A stretch of 64,000 bases of DNA from Candidatus Moranbacteria bacterium UBA1362 (GTDB taxonomy: Bacteria > Patescibacteriota > Minisyncoccia > Moranbacterales > GWC2-37-73). Positions 10,888 to 21,552 of the stretch are shown piece after piece (position 1 is the stretch's first letter; each line of letters opens with the position of its first letter). The stretch is taken from positions 10,690 through 74,689 of the forward strand of contig DBRS01000014.1 of NCBI GenBank assembly GCA_002306085.1, read 5' to 3'. Below the pieces are notes generated by a model. The model saw nothing but the letters and a program-made list of their open reading frames with translations. It was not told the DNA's origin and did no database searches. The position numbers and the translations under genes are program-made.

Positions 10888-11847
10888 TCATTCCAATGCC
10901 GCTCTTCCCGCGCTGATCTCTGCAATTTCCTGCGTAATCTTTCCCTGCCTTATCTGATTGTATGTGAGCGTCAAATCTTCAGACATTTCCAGCGCTGCAT
11001 CGCTCGCATTCCTCATCGCCATCATTCTTGCGCTCTCTTCCGAAGCCTTTGATTCCAAAATCGCATGAAAAACCTGCATTTCAATGAGGCGTGGAATGAT
11101 AAACTGCAAGACTTCTTCTGGTCCCGGCTCAACTTTATATTCCTGCATAGGTTTTTTAAGACCATATTCCTCGGCGACAACATCCATTTCGGCAATCTGC
11201 TTTTCAATGTCTATTTTTGAAATCGGAAGAATTTGGCGGATACGGGTCTTCTGTACAACGGTCGAAACGTAGTCTGTATAAATTATGACTACCTTGTCGT
11301 ATTTTTTTGCCAAATATTCATCGATGACAATTTTTGAAATTGGCTTGATGTCAGCGACAGTCATGAATTGCACACCATCGGCAAACGCCGCAACAATTTC
11401 TTTTTTCAATTTACGCACCATTCCTTCTCCCTTCTTGCCGACCGTGATAAAATCAATTCTCACATCCTCGTCTCTTACGGGAGACAGGATTTTTTTGCCG
11501 GCGATACGGTTTATTTTCAATTTTTCCGGATGCAAAATTTCTTCACGAATTTTTTTGAAAATTTGCGTGTTAAATGAACCGCACAGACCTCTGTCGGAAG
11601 CAACGACAATCATCAAAACATTTTTCACTTCCCTGACTTCCAAAAGCCCGTGATCTTGCGAAGTTTCAAAGGCACGTGCAAGATTTGTCAGCACGCTCCA
11701 GGCGCTGTGCGCATATGGGCGGATCGCAATGACGCTCGAAACGGCGCGCCTCATTTTTGCAGCGCTAACCATCTCCATCGCTCGAGTAATCTTTCTGGTG
11801 CTATTGATAGACTTTATGCGTCTTCTGATATCTTTACCGCTTGGCAC
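10888..11847 (-). CDS. atpG: ATP synthase gamma subunit (start placed at GTG 11847)
   Basis: ITRAMEMVSAAK, SDRGLCG, RQGKITQEIAEI; the track's start (11865) falls inside a repeat hairpin. Confidence 0.96.
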   Translation of the reverse strand: MPSGKDIRRRIKSINSTRKITRAMEMVSAAKMRRAVSSVIAIRPYAHSAWSVLTNLARAFETSQDHGLLEVREVKNVLMIVVASDRGLCGSFNTQIFKKIREEILHPEKLKINRIAGKKILSPVRDEDVRIDFITVGKKGEGMVRKLKKEIVAAFADGVQFMTVADIKPISKIVIDEYLAKKYDKVVIIYTDYVSTVVQKTRIRQILPISKIDIEKQIAEMDVVAEEYGLKKPMQEYKVEPGPEEVLQFIIPRLIEMQVFHAILESKASEESARMMAMRNASDAALEMSEDLTLTYNQIRQGKITQEIAEISAGRAALE

Positions 11848-11922
11848 TTTGGTGACATGTGGCACGTGACATGTTACAAGGAAATTCCAAGTTACTTGTC
11901 ACTTGTCTCTTGTTACTTATTA

Positions 11923-13422
11923 TTACTCGTAGGTTTCCTTATACTCTTTAATCGCCTTCTCCAGTGCCTCCACAACATCGTCTGTAAGGTCTTTTTTCTC
12001 TCCGATCAGCTCGATGACGTTCTTCGCCTGCGTGTCCAGATACTTATGAAAATCGTTTTCCCACTGCTTTATTTTCGCAACTTCAACGTCATCCAAAAAT
12101 CCGTTTGTCAGCGCATAGAGAATTGCAACCTGATGTTCAACCGGCATCGGTTCGTATTGCCCCTGCTTTATTATTTCTATGGTGCGCTGCCCTCTTTCAA
12201 TTTGAGCTCTGGTTTTTTCATCAAGATCGGATCCGAATTGCGCAAACGCTTCGAGTTCGCGAAACTGCGCCAGATCCAAGCGGAGTTTTCCTGCAACTTT
12301 TTTCATCGCCTTAATCTGCGCGCTTGATCCTACGCGTGAAACCGAAATACCGACATTAAGCGCGGGACGGACACCTTTGTAGAAAAGATCCGATTCCAAG
12401 AAAATCTGACCGTCCGTAATCGAAATGACATTTGTAGGAATGTAAGCGGAAACATCTCCCGCCTGTGTTTCAATAATCGGAAGCGCGGTAAGCGATCCTC
12501 CGCCGAATTCGTCATTCATTTTTGCGCTTCTTTCCAGAAGTCTTGAATGCAGATAGAAAACATCTCCGGGATATGCTTCGCGGCCCGGCGGACGGCGCAG
12601 AATCAATGAAATCTGGCGATATGCCCAGGCATGCCTTGAAAGATCGTCATAGATTACCAGAACGTCTTCGCCCTTGTCCATGAAATATTCGCCGAGAGCG
12701 CATCCGGAATATGGAGCGATGTATGAAAGCGCAGCACTGTCCGATGCTCCGGCCACAACGACAGTCGTATATTCCATCGCGCCGCGTTTTTCAAGCTCGC
12801 CCACAATCCTTGCGATTTTTGACTCCTTCTGGCCCACCGCGACATAGATGCATTTCATGTTCTGCTCCTTCTGATTGATGATAGTATCAATCGCGATTGC
12901 GGTCTTTCCTGTCTGGCGGTCGCCGATAATAAGTTCGCGCTGTCCGCGTCCGATCGGAATCATCGCGTCAATCGCTTTGATACCCGTCTGCACCGGCTGA
13001 TTCACAGATTTTCTGGTAATAACTCCGGGAGCGATTTTTTCCACAGGATAATATTTTTCAGCCTTGATATCTCCCTTGCCGTCAACCGGTGTTCCGAGCG
13101 GATTAATAACTCTTCCGATCATCGCGTCTGAAACCGGAATCGAAAGAATTTTCCCGGTAGTTTTCACTTCATCACCTTCCTTGATATCGGTATAGCTTCC
13201 CAAAACCATCGCTCCCACCCGATCCTCTTCGAGGTTAAGCGCCACGCCTATTTCACCATTGGGAAATTCCACCATTTCGGAAGCCATGATATCGGAAAGT
13301 CCTGAAATTCTGGCAATGCCGTCGCCGACTTCGACAACTTTGCCGACTTTTTCCGCCTGCACTTCTGTCTTGAAGTTTTCAATCTGTTTCTTCAGCTGAT
13401 CTACGATAAAATCCTTGTTCAT
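11923..13422 (-). CDS. atpA: ATP synthase alpha subunit
   Basis: [24 protein letters not shown]. Confidence 0.99.
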   Translation of the reverse strand: MNKDFIVDQLKKQIENFKTEVQAEKVGKVVEVGDGIARISGLSDIMASEMVEFPNGEIGVALNLEEDRVGAMVLGSYTDIKEGDEVKTTGKILSIPVSDAMIGRVINPLGTPVDGKGDIKAEKYYPVEKIAPGVITRKSVNQPVQTGIKAIDAMIPIGRGQRELIIGDRQTGKTAIAIDTIINQKEQNMKCIYVAVGQKESKIARIVGELEKRGAMEYTTVVVAGASDSAALSYIAPYSGCALGEYFMDKGEDVLVIYDDLSRHAWAYRQISLILRRPPGREAYPGDVFYLHSRLLERSAKMNDEFGGGSLTALPIIETQAGDVSAYIPTNVISITDGQIFLESDLFYKGVRPALNVGISVSRVGSSAQIKAMKKVAGKLRLDLAQFRELEAFAQFGSDLDEKTRAQIERGQRTIEIIKQGQYEPMPVEHQVAILYALTNGFLDDVEVAKIKQWENDFHKYLDTQAKNVIELIGEKKDLTDDVVEALEKAIKEYKETYE

Positions 13423-13513
13423 AAATATATTGTTACATTGTTATATTGTTAAATTGTTTTTTGGCTCAATCAAGAGCAATTTAGCCATCAAACAATTTAG
13501 CAATTTACTGGAC

Positions 13514-13542
13514 TTGACTTTTATATCAATTTGGAGTATAAT
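13514..13542 (+). promoter_or_regulatory. Near-consensus sigma70 promoter antisense to the atp operon
   Basis: TTGACT-N17-TATAAT. Confidence 0.75.
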
Positions 13543-13579
13543 TAAAGGTTGGGAGCACATTACAAACTTGGAGGTTTAT

Positions 13580-13780
13580 ATGCTGATATTTTACTTGGTA
13601 ACCGCATCGTTATCGATCGGCGCAATTTGCGGCATAGTTTCATATTATGCCTGCGTTTCACTAATCAACTACGCGCCCAATTTTCCTTTGGTGGAAATCA
13701 TACACCCCATCGGAGCCCCTTATTTTATGTTTAATGCTGGTTCGGTTATCGCAGCAGTGCTGATGATCTGTTCGGCATGA
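13580..13780 (+). CDS. Small hydrophobic orphan protein (66 aa, about 2 TM), antisense within the atp operon
   Basis: GGAGG 5 nt before ATG, own promoter and terminator; MLIFYLVTASLSIGAICGIV...AAVLMICSA. Confidence 0.65.
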   Translation: MLIFYLVTASLSIGAICGIVSYYACVSLINYAPNFPLVEIIHPIGAPYFMFNAGSVIAAVLMICSA

Positions 13781-13796
13781 AACATGGCAGCATCCG

Positions 13797-13835
13797 CCAC
13801 CTTTCCGCATTGCCGGACGGTGGTTTTTCTTTTTC
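13797..13835 (+). terminator. Terminator of the antisense mini-gene
   Basis: CCACC..TCCG-loop-CGGA.GGTGG followed by a T tract. Confidence 0.6.
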
Positions 13836-14120
13836 CTGGTTTTCGAATATACTGTTCTCAGCCAACGTTCAATGACCAAGGATCAATGATCAAGAAGATT
13901 TCTTGTTCATTGGTCTCTGTCCACTGACTCATGAGCCTGCATTTCTGCCTTTCGCATTTTATTTGCGCCATATGAAGTACGTAGGCAAAGCGCGAATGAT
14001 GAGCGTTAAAAAATTTTATCTTGGAGCGAAGCGCTTGCCCGGTGCCTTCATCAGGCGCGATTTTCTTTTGTAACTTTTTACCAAAAAGGAAAATTAATTC
14101 TGAATTTTAATTTCAAAAAA

Positions 14121-14522
14121 CTACTTTATCAATTCTTTTTTCAATCTTTTTAACTGCGTTGTCACGCTTGCGTCCAAAATTTCATCACCAACTCTTATCA
14201 CGATTCCGCCTCTGATATTTTCATCGACAACATTTTTCAAAACAACTTCTTTCGCCGAATATTTATTTTTGACAAAACTTTCTACTTCCTTGTATTCCGC
14301 ATCTTGCATCTTGCGTCTTGTCACTATCGTTGCTTCGACAATTCCGTGTTTCTTGTTGTATAATTCCGTGAATTTTTCAATTACTTTTCCGGCATTTTTG
14401 AGTTCACTTTCCTTTTTCAAGTTTTCGGCAAAACGCAAAACAACACCGCTGATTTCTTTTTCAGTCTTGTTTTCCGTAAGTTCCAACAATGTTTTCGCGT
14501 ATTGCGTTATTGTCGCTCTCAT
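14121..14522 (-). CDS. atpH: ATP synthase delta subunit (short CPR-type)
   Basis: QYAKTL N-terminus; GGIVIRVGDEILDAS. Confidence 0.92.
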   Translation of the reverse strand: MRATITQYAKTLLELTENKTEKEISGVVLRFAENLKKESELKNAGKVIEKFTELYNKKHGIVEATIVTRRKMQDAEYKEVESFVKNKYSAKEVVLKNVVDENIRGGIVIRVGDEILDASVTTQLKRLKKELIK

Positions 14523-15007
14523 TATTTTATCGCTTTCTCAATTAATTCTTTGTCCTTTTTATCATCAATTTTTTCTTCAATAACTTTTTCGGCCGCCATA
14601 GCAACAAGGTTTGCTACTTGCTTCTTAACATCCTGCATCATCTGCGTTCTCTCTAGTTCAAGTTTCTTTTCGGCATCCGCAAGAATTTTTTCACTCTGAG
14701 CTTTCGCATTAGCAATGATTTCTTCCTTGTTCTTCGCTGCCATACCTTCGGCCTTTGCCACAATTTCCTGAGCCTGTTTTCTTGCTTCCGTCAAAACATC
14801 TTTTTCTTTTTTTTCAATTTCCGTTAATTTTTTCTGCGCTTCTTCCGCATCTTTTAATCCCTTTTCAATCTTTTCTGTTCTTTCGTTTAAAAGCTTCAGC
14901 ACCGGTCCGTAGGCGAACTTGTACAGCACAAAAAGCAGCACAAGAAAATTAACGATCTGCGCCAGGAGAAGTCTCCAATCGATTCCAAGATTATGTAATA
15001 GCTCCAT
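14522..15007 (-). CDS. atpF: ATP synthase b subunit
   Basis: AQIVNFLVLLFVLYKFAYGP TM followed by a coiled coil. Confidence 0.96.
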   Translation of the reverse strand: MELLHNLGIDWRLLLAQIVNFLVLLFVLYKFAYGPVLKLLNERTEKIEKGLKDAEEAQKKLTEIEKKEKDVLTEARKQAQEIVAKAEGMAAKNKEEIIANAKAQSEKILADAEKKLELERTQMMQDVKKQVANLVAMAAEKVIEEKIDDKKDKELIEKAIK

Positions 15008-15085
15008 ATATTTAATTAGTTATCAGTTGTTAGTTTATGGTTCACAGACAGATGCTGTGAACCGCTAACCAAAAACCGAAAACTT

Positions 15086-15379
<294 letters not shown>

Positions 15380-15445
15380 TTAAATGGTTAAATAGTTAAA
15401 TTGTTAAATTGTTTTGGCAATTTAGCAATTTAGCCATTTAGCAAT

Positions 15446-16198
15446 CTAATGAGATGTTTCCGTCACCGCCATTTTCAAAAACACCAACGTCAGCATCGCA
15501 AAAACCAGTGCCTGCACGAATCCCACAAACAGTTCCAAAAACAAAAACGGCAGCGGCACAAAATACGGAACCAGATTCAGCATCACAATGAGCAGCACTT
15601 CGCCCGCGAAAATATTTCCGAAAAGACGGAAGGAAAACGAAATAATTTTTGCAATCTCGCTGATAAGTTCCAAAATTCCCACAAAGGTTCCGATGAAATA
15701 CGGTTTATGAAAGGGACTCACGAAAAATTTGCCGGCATATTTTGCCGCACCAATCGCTGCAATTCCCATAAATTGGATTGTAAAAACCGAGATAAGAGCG
15801 ATTGCCAAAGTCACGTTGAGATCGGCGGACGAGCTTCTCAAAAATGGAATCAGCACATTCTCTCCGTGATGCTCGCCATAAACTCCCACTGTTCCCAGCC
15901 CCGGAATAAGTTCCACCCAATTGGACAAAATTACAAAAAGAAAGATCGTCATCACGATCGGAAAAAATTTCTTCGACTGTTCCCTGTTCTGAGTAACGCT
16001 GTCAACAAGACCCAGAACCGCTTCAATGACATATTCAAAAACATTCTGAAAGCCTTTCGGAACCAGTTGCAGGCGCGAACGCATGGCGAAAGAGGCGGCT
16101 ATTATTATCGCGCTCAAAGCAAGCGTCACGATCAAAGTATTGGTGACAATAAAATTTCCTATGTGAAAAAGCGGTTCCGGTGCTAATGATATTGTCAT
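15446..16198 (-). CDS. atpB: ATP synthase a subunit
   Basis: SFSFRLFGNIFAGE, FVQALVF. Confidence 0.97.
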   Translation of the reverse strand: MTISLAPEPLFHIGNFIVTNTLIVTLALSAIIIAASFAMRSRLQLVPKGFQNVFEYVIEAVLGLVDSVTQNREQSKKFFPIVMTIFLFVILSNWVELIPGLGTVGVYGEHHGENVLIPFLRSSSADLNVTLAIALISVFTIQFMGIAAIGAAKYAGKFFVSPFHKPYFIGTFVGILELISEIAKIISFSFRLFGNIFAGEVLLIVMLNLVPYFVPLPFLFLELFVGFVQALVFAMLTLVFLKMAVTETSH

Positions 16199-16208
16199 AA
16201 AGCGTCTT

Positions 16209-16526
16209 TTATTTAGAAACCTGTCTAATGGCAGTCAGGCAAGCACTTATATATCTTTGAATAAAATTATTTTTTATCTTCGGTTTTTCCATTCTTTCTT
16301 CGCTTCTTATAATGTCCATTAACTTTTTATAAACAATATAAAAAGTAACAATTATCGAAAGAAACAGGCCGATAAGCAGAAGCCATGGAGATGTTCCAAA
16401 TTTCTTATCCAAAAGCCTTCCTCCAAGCGTAAAAATTACCAACGGTATCGCGATTGAATATCCGAGTTCCCAGGCAAACCCCACAGCGGACCAGGAATCT
16501 TTTTTAGATTCTTCTTTCATCTGCAT
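16209..16526 (-). CDS. AtpZ/AtpI-family protein
   Basis: LGYSIAIP..GRLLDKKFGTSPW; first gene of the atp operon. Confidence 0.85.
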   Translation of the reverse strand: MQMKEESKKDSWSAVGFAWELGYSIAIPLVIFTLGGRLLDKKFGTSPWLLLIGLFLSIIVTFYIVYKKLMDIIRSEERMEKPKIKNNFIQRYISACLTAIRQVSK

Positions 16527-16635
16527 TTTAATATTTTTATATACCCGGGCCCTTTCTTCATCGAGGTTTTCTGCGACAGTGCAATAAAAAAACAGCGCAG
16601 CGCAGTCACTCTCCTAAAAAATACCCTTGGTTCTT

Positions 16636-16664
16636 ATTATCTTACAAAAGTCAAGTAAAGTCAA
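16636..16664 (-). promoter_or_regulatory. Putative atp operon promoter
   Basis: TTGACT-N17-GATAAT on the minus strand. Confidence 0.55.
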
Positions 16665-16883
16665 TACCAAAAAATTTAAACAAAGCCCTGGTTTTTGAAC
16701 ACATGATACCTATACGTTTTTTAACTTCAAAGCAATTATGCACATATTATGTGCCGCGCTTTATGCACATAAAAAAGTTTTTAGAAGAATAAAATTACAC
16801 ACTTGCGCGCAGTGCGTGCAAGTGTGTAAAACTTTTCATGCCGTATGATATAAATATCCAAATTATTGCCAAATACCAGTAAA

Positions 16884-17729
16884 TTATTTTATTCCAAACA
16901 CCTCTTTCCCGTTTTGTGTGGTTTTTTCCGCCACTTCTTCAATGGAAATTCCTTTCACATCGGCAATCTTTTGCGCCACAAATTTCACAAAAACCGGCTC
17001 GTTGCGTTTCGATTTTTCAAGCGGCCGCGGAGTAAGATACGGGCAATCAGTCTCAATGACAATATTTTCAAGACCTATTTCTTTGATAAGACGATCATAG
17101 CTTTCTCCGTAGGTAATAATTCCGTTGAGCCCGATTTTATATCCGAGTTCTATAAACTTGTTGGCGGTTTTATAGCTTCCAACGAAACTGTGGACGATTC
17201 CTTTTTTGTCTGCCACATTGTTTTGCAAAATTTCCAGAAGATCATCATACGCATCCCAACAATGAATAATCAAAGGTTTTTGCACTTCATTGGCTAAGTC
17301 TATAAATTTCTTCAGAATTTCTTTTTGTTTTTCTTTGAGAGGATCAGTATCAATTCCTTCCTCAAAGTGATGATAATCCAATCCCACCTCACCGATCGCC
17401 ACAACTTTCGCATCATTCGCAAGCTCGAGGTATTTTTCACGTTCAAATTCTTCGCCGTTTGTCTTTATTTCGACTTCACTGATTTCTTCTTCCGGATCAC
17501 GATACGAAAAACTTCCTTTGTTGAGATGAACAGGATGTGTTCCGACCGCCGCCCATACCCCGGTTTTAAATTTATTGGCATATTCGACAGCGCGTTTGCT
17601 GGTAGAGTACTGCGATCCGACATTAACGACAAAAACGCCTTCTTCAAGGCATTGTTTCAAAATGTCTTCTCCATCGCCTTTGAACGCGGAAAAATTGACA
17701 TGTGCGTGAGAATCGAAATACTGTGACAT
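16884..17729 (-). CDS. tatD: TatD family nuclease
   Basis: DSHAH, GTHP, IGEVGLDY, ETDCPYL. Confidence 0.93.
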   Translation of the reverse strand: MSQYFDSHAHVNFSAFKGDGEDILKQCLEEGVFVVNVGSQYSTSKRAVEYANKFKTGVWAAVGTHPVHLNKGSFSYRDPEEEISEVEIKTNGEEFEREKYLELANDAKVVAIGEVGLDYHHFEEGIDTDPLKEKQKEILKKFIDLANEVQKPLIIHCWDAYDDLLEILQNNVADKKGIVHSFVGSYKTANKFIELGYKIGLNGIITYGESYDRLIKEIGLENIVIETDCPYLTPRPLEKSKRNEPVFVKFVAQKIADVKGISIEEVAEKTTQNGKEVFGIK

Positions 17730-17829
17730 GCATCAAGATGGCGTACCAAATACCTGAATGTATTCACACAAAATACATCCGCATGATACATGATACGTCT
17801 TCAATTATACCAAAAGCTTTGATAATATT

Positions 17830-18222
17830 TTATGGATTTCCTATTCTTTCAAGATTGCCGTTCAGCACTATGGGCTTCATTGCCAAAATTTCCTCTTTAT
17901 ATGAAACATTCGGAATGCCATCCAAAAGGAAAATTTTTTTTCCGAGCGCATGCGCAAATCCCATTTCCAAAAAAGAACACCCGCTTATATAATTTTTCCT
18001 TCCCTGTTTTTCGAGATTGTTCAGAACCAGAATGGCATCACAGTTTCTTATTTTACGGAGAAACAAACTTCTATCGTTCTTTTTCCTGTGTTCATCGCTC
18101 TCGATCACTTGATCAACATATTTAAAAGCGGGAACGACTTTATGTTTCAAAAAAATTAATCTCTCTTGCACGTCCATTATCTCAGGGATAACATGGACGT
18201 TTCCACTAAGCGCTATTTTCAT
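17830..18222 (-). CDS. Conserved hypothetical protein (nucleoside deoxyribosyltransferase-like fold)
   Basis: KIRNCDAILVLN...YISGCSFLEMGFAHALGKKIF; start moved to MKIALSG. Confidence 0.55.
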   Translation of the reverse strand: MKIALSGNVHVIPEIMDVQERLIFLKHKVVPAFKYVDQVIESDEHRKKNDRSLFLRKIRNCDAILVLNNLEKQGRKNYISGCSFLEMGFAHALGKKIFLLDGIPNVSYKEEILAMKPIVLNGNLERIGNP

Positions 18223-18329
18223 AATATATTTCTTGCCCCCACTATTACTTATATCAAAATATATTACAAGTCGCATTTGCTATTATTCCGATACCGCGGA
18301 ATTGAGGGTTGGCCCCGGGCCATGAGAGA

Positions 18330-19751
18330 TTATCTTATCCTCTGGAACAATGGCTCCGTCTTTTTTGTTTCAAGCGCTTTCTTGATCTTTTCAGCAGTTT
18401 CGGGAAGAAACGGAACCAAAAGTTGGGATATGATATAAAGATCGGAGTTCAGCTTTTCCATTACCTCCTTGAACCTATTTTCATCAGCCTTTTTGAGTTC
18501 CCACGGCTTATTGTCTTCGATATATTTATTGGCCTTGCGAACAAACATCCAAACATATTCAAGAGCCCTGTCTATTTCAAAATTTTCCAAATATTCGGAA
18601 ATTTTTCCATCAGGTTTTACATCGGGAATTTGAAATTCCAAATTTTGGGAAAGTTTTATGACTCGCGAGGTCAGATTTCCCAATCCGTTCGCCAGGTCAG
18701 CATTATATTTTTCCGTCATCCTCTCCCACGTGATATCTCCGTCTTTGGACGATGGCAGTGACGTGAGAAGCACATAACGTGCGCCGTCAATTCCGAATTT
18801 TTCCACAACTTCTTCCGGATTGATAATATTTCCCAAAGTTTTGGATATCTTCTGATTGTTTATCGTGAGATATTCATGCGAAAGAATTTGGGTCGGAACG
18901 GAAACTCCCGCCGAAAGCAGCATGGCGGGCCAATAGATCGCATGGAACCTCAATATCCCTTTTCCAATCACATGCACCCTATTTTCATTCTCCAGCCAAT
19001 ATTTCTTATAAAGATCTCCTTCATTCTCATAGCCAAGCGCGGTGATATAATTCGAAAGCGCATCCACCCAGACATACATGATCTGGCCCTCGTCACCCGG
19101 AACCGGAACACCCCAATTTTCCGCACGTTTCACGCTTCTTGAAATCGAAAAATCTTCAAGACCCTGCCTGATAAAGCTCAACACTTCATTTTTTCTGTAT
19201 TCCGGCACAATTTTCAAAGTGTCGCTCTCAATCAACTCTTCGAGTTTTTTCTGATAGTTTGACAACTTGAAAAAATAATTTTCTTCTTCGACAACTTCGC
19301 ATTCCGTAAGATGGTCGGGGCATTTTCCGTCAACAAGATCTTTTTCCATCTTGAACTCCTCGCATCCAACACAATAAAGACCTTTGTAATTTTTTTTATA
19401 AATATCTTCTTTCTTGAAAGACGACCATAATTTCTGCGCTCCGGCAAAATGCTCCTTTTTCGCGGTTCTTATGAACTGATTGTACGAAAGGTTGAGCATA
19501 CCCTTAAGCCCCTGAAAGCTCTTGGCGTTTTCATCAATGAATTCTTCCGTCGATTTCCCCGCTTTTTTCGCGCTTTGCACATTCTTAAGACTGTTGTCAT
19601 CGGAACCCGTCAAAAAATATGTGTCATCTTTCAAGACGTCACGATGCCAACGCGCCAGAACATCGGCCTGGATTTTTTCCACGGCATGCCCGACATGCGG
19701 TTTGGCGTTCACATAGTCAATTGCTGTTGTTACGTAATATCTATTTTTCAT
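18330..19751 (-). CDS. metG: Methionyl-tRNA synthetase (short form)
   Basis: YVTTAIDYVNAKPHVGH, YVWVDAL, GKGILRFH, KISKT. Confidence 0.95.
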   Translation of the reverse strand: MKNRYYVTTAIDYVNAKPHVGHAVEKIQADVLARWHRDVLKDDTYFLTGSDDNSLKNVQSAKKAGKSTEEFIDENAKSFQGLKGMLNLSYNQFIRTAKKEHFAGAQKLWSSFKKEDIYKKNYKGLYCVGCEEFKMEKDLVDGKCPDHLTECEVVEEENYFFKLSNYQKKLEELIESDTLKIVPEYRKNEVLSFIRQGLEDFSISRSVKRAENWGVPVPGDEGQIMYVWVDALSNYITALGYENEGDLYKKYWLENENRVHVIGKGILRFHAIYWPAMLLSAGVSVPTQILSHEYLTINNQKISKTLGNIINPEEVVEKFGIDGARYVLLTSLPSSKDGDITWERMTEKYNADLANGLGNLTSRVIKLSQNLEFQIPDVKPDGKISEYLENFEIDRALEYVWMFVRKANKYIEDNKPWELKKADENRFKEVMEKLNSDLYIISQLLVPFLPETAEKIKKALETKKTEPLFQRIR

Positions 19752-19997
19752 ATTAAGAATGATGTTACATAAAAATAGTAGAAGCTAATAGCACCTACTG
19801 ACAAACGACAATGAAATAAACATTTATATCAACTAAATTTTATATTGGCACTGTTTTAATGATTAGGCAAGTCCTAAGAAACTTTCGCAATAAATTAGCC
19901 ATGTAAATCACAATTAATGTTTTTATATAGCATATCAACATGTTCACGTATGGTCAGTATTTTATTACCTATACAGATTTATTTCGCGTCTATTCTC

Positions 19998-21326
19998 TCA
20001 ATCGAAAAGCTTCTTGTAGTTCTTGGACCAGTATACGATTCCGTTGTAATAGTTTTCATTGAAAGCTCCGAGGTAGTTGATGGAAGCTTTTTTTATGGCC
20101 GATTTGCTGTCCGAAGTCGCGCCAGCATCTCTTAATTTTATCGCCATCGCCGTAACGCCGTCCGTGAGATCCCATGGATCGGGAGTTTTGTGCCCTGTTT
20201 TTGCCGCTATCCGCGAAGAATAGCCTTTCCACACATCAGACATGAACTGCGCAACTCCCATTGCTCCTCCCTGCCCGATATAGCTGCTTGGAGAACATGA
20301 AACTTTTTTGTTCTTGCTATAACCCAAATCGTCAACCAAATCATAGAAAATATCCATTCTCTTGTAGAGAAGCTTAATTGATTTTTTATATTTTGATCCG
20401 TATTTTTTGTATCTTGCCACTGCCACTTTTTCAACTTCTTTATACGTACATTGTCCCGTATTGGCTCCCAGGTTCGTTTCCATCTTCAGAAACCCGTAAA
20501 GAACACCCTTCGGAACTCCGGTATTTTTGCTGGCGAATTCTACCGCTTCCTTTATATCCTTCGCGTTAAAAGATTTTCCGGTCAATATGCTCAGGTCAGC
20601 CTGTAATTCCGCGAGTTTCTCCTGCAATTCACTGACTGTCGCTTCTTGTTCTTCAACTTCCTCCTGCACGTTTACCTGCTGGACAACTAAATCTTTCTTC
20701 TGCCCAACCTTCTCGTCAAGTATTTCTTCATGTTGTTTTTTCGTTTCGGCTAGCTCGATCTTGTCGCGCTCCACCTGATTTTTTGTCTCGGCAATATCTT
20801 GCGAAATATTCATTATCTTATCCTCAAGCGTCATGAGATTATCAGCATTGGAAAAAACATCCCTAAAATTTTCCCCCGCCAAAACTATACTAATAACCGG
20901 CTGGCTCTTGATGTAATATATCTGCTGGAGAAAACTCTTCAGCATCGCTTTCTTAAGCTCTATTTGCTCGTTCAAGTTTTTAATTTCCTCCTCTTTGCGT
21001 GAAATAGTTTCTTCAGCGTCCTTTATCGCGGCCTGCGTCTTGTTTATAGCGGACTGCGTCGAAGAAACCGCGCTCTGAAGTTGTCCCAAAACACTCTGTT
21101 TTTCCTGCAGTTCCTTTTGCTCTTTTTCAAGTTTCTTCTCAAGATCCTTGATGCTGTCTTCCGTATCTTCTATTTCTTCCTTCTTTTCTTTTTCTTCATC
21201 TCCCGCTGAATCTCCATCAGCAGCAAAAGCGCCGGCGTTCCAAAAGGAAATCTGAGACAAAGCGAAAACAGGCAGGACAAGCGCCCACACAACAGCAAAC
21301 ATGATGTTTTTCTGCGCGTTATTCAT
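19998..21326 (-). CDS. Secreted coiled-coil protein with a C-terminal lytic-transglycosylase-like domain
   Basis: Signal peptide, ~210 aa coiled coil, ETNLG catalytic Glu region, GGAMGVAQFM, PDPW. Confidence 0.75.
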   Translation of the reverse strand: MNNAQKNIMFAVVWALVLPVFALSQISFWNAGAFAADGDSAGDEEKEKKEEIEDTEDSIKDLEKKLEKEQKELQEKQSVLGQLQSAVSSTQSAINKTQAAIKDAEETISRKEEEIKNLNEQIELKKAMLKSFLQQIYYIKSQPVISIVLAGENFRDVFSNADNLMTLEDKIMNISQDIAETKNQVERDKIELAETKKQHEEILDEKVGQKKDLVVQQVNVQEEVEEQEATVSELQEKLAELQADLSILTGKSFNAKDIKEAVEFASKNTGVPKGVLYGFLKMETNLGANTGQCTYKEVEKVAVARYKKYGSKYKKSIKLLYKRMDIFYDLVDDLGYSKNKKVSCSPSSYIGQGGAMGVAQFMSDVWKGYSSRIAAKTGHKTPDPWDLTDGVTAMAIKLRDAGATSDSKSAIKKASINYLGAFNENYYNGIVYWSKNYKKLFD

Positions 21327-21552
21327 ATTTTTATTTTAGCATGCCCGTTAAGATAAGCAAACACCGGATAATTTCAAATTTTGAATTTTGAATAAATTTT
21401 TAATGTTTTATTTTTTAAACATTCAATCATTCAAGCTTGATCCGAGATCAAAATTCATAATTCAAAATTTTTTATTATAATCTTTACATCTTCTTATTTT
21501 TATATTATAATATTTTGGTTGTAATATAAAAATGCTTTAACAGAACAAACAC

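Noticed and set aside
13415-13579. 121-aa version of the antisense ORF starting at 13415
   Set aside because: The extension runs through the repeat hairpin and promoter; the SD supports the ATG at 13580.
16215-16250. Degenerate CCTGCC..GGCAGG-like repeat in the AtpZ/AtpI 3' end
   Set aside because: Too decayed and single copy here; it may explain the odd C-terminal tail but cannot be supported.
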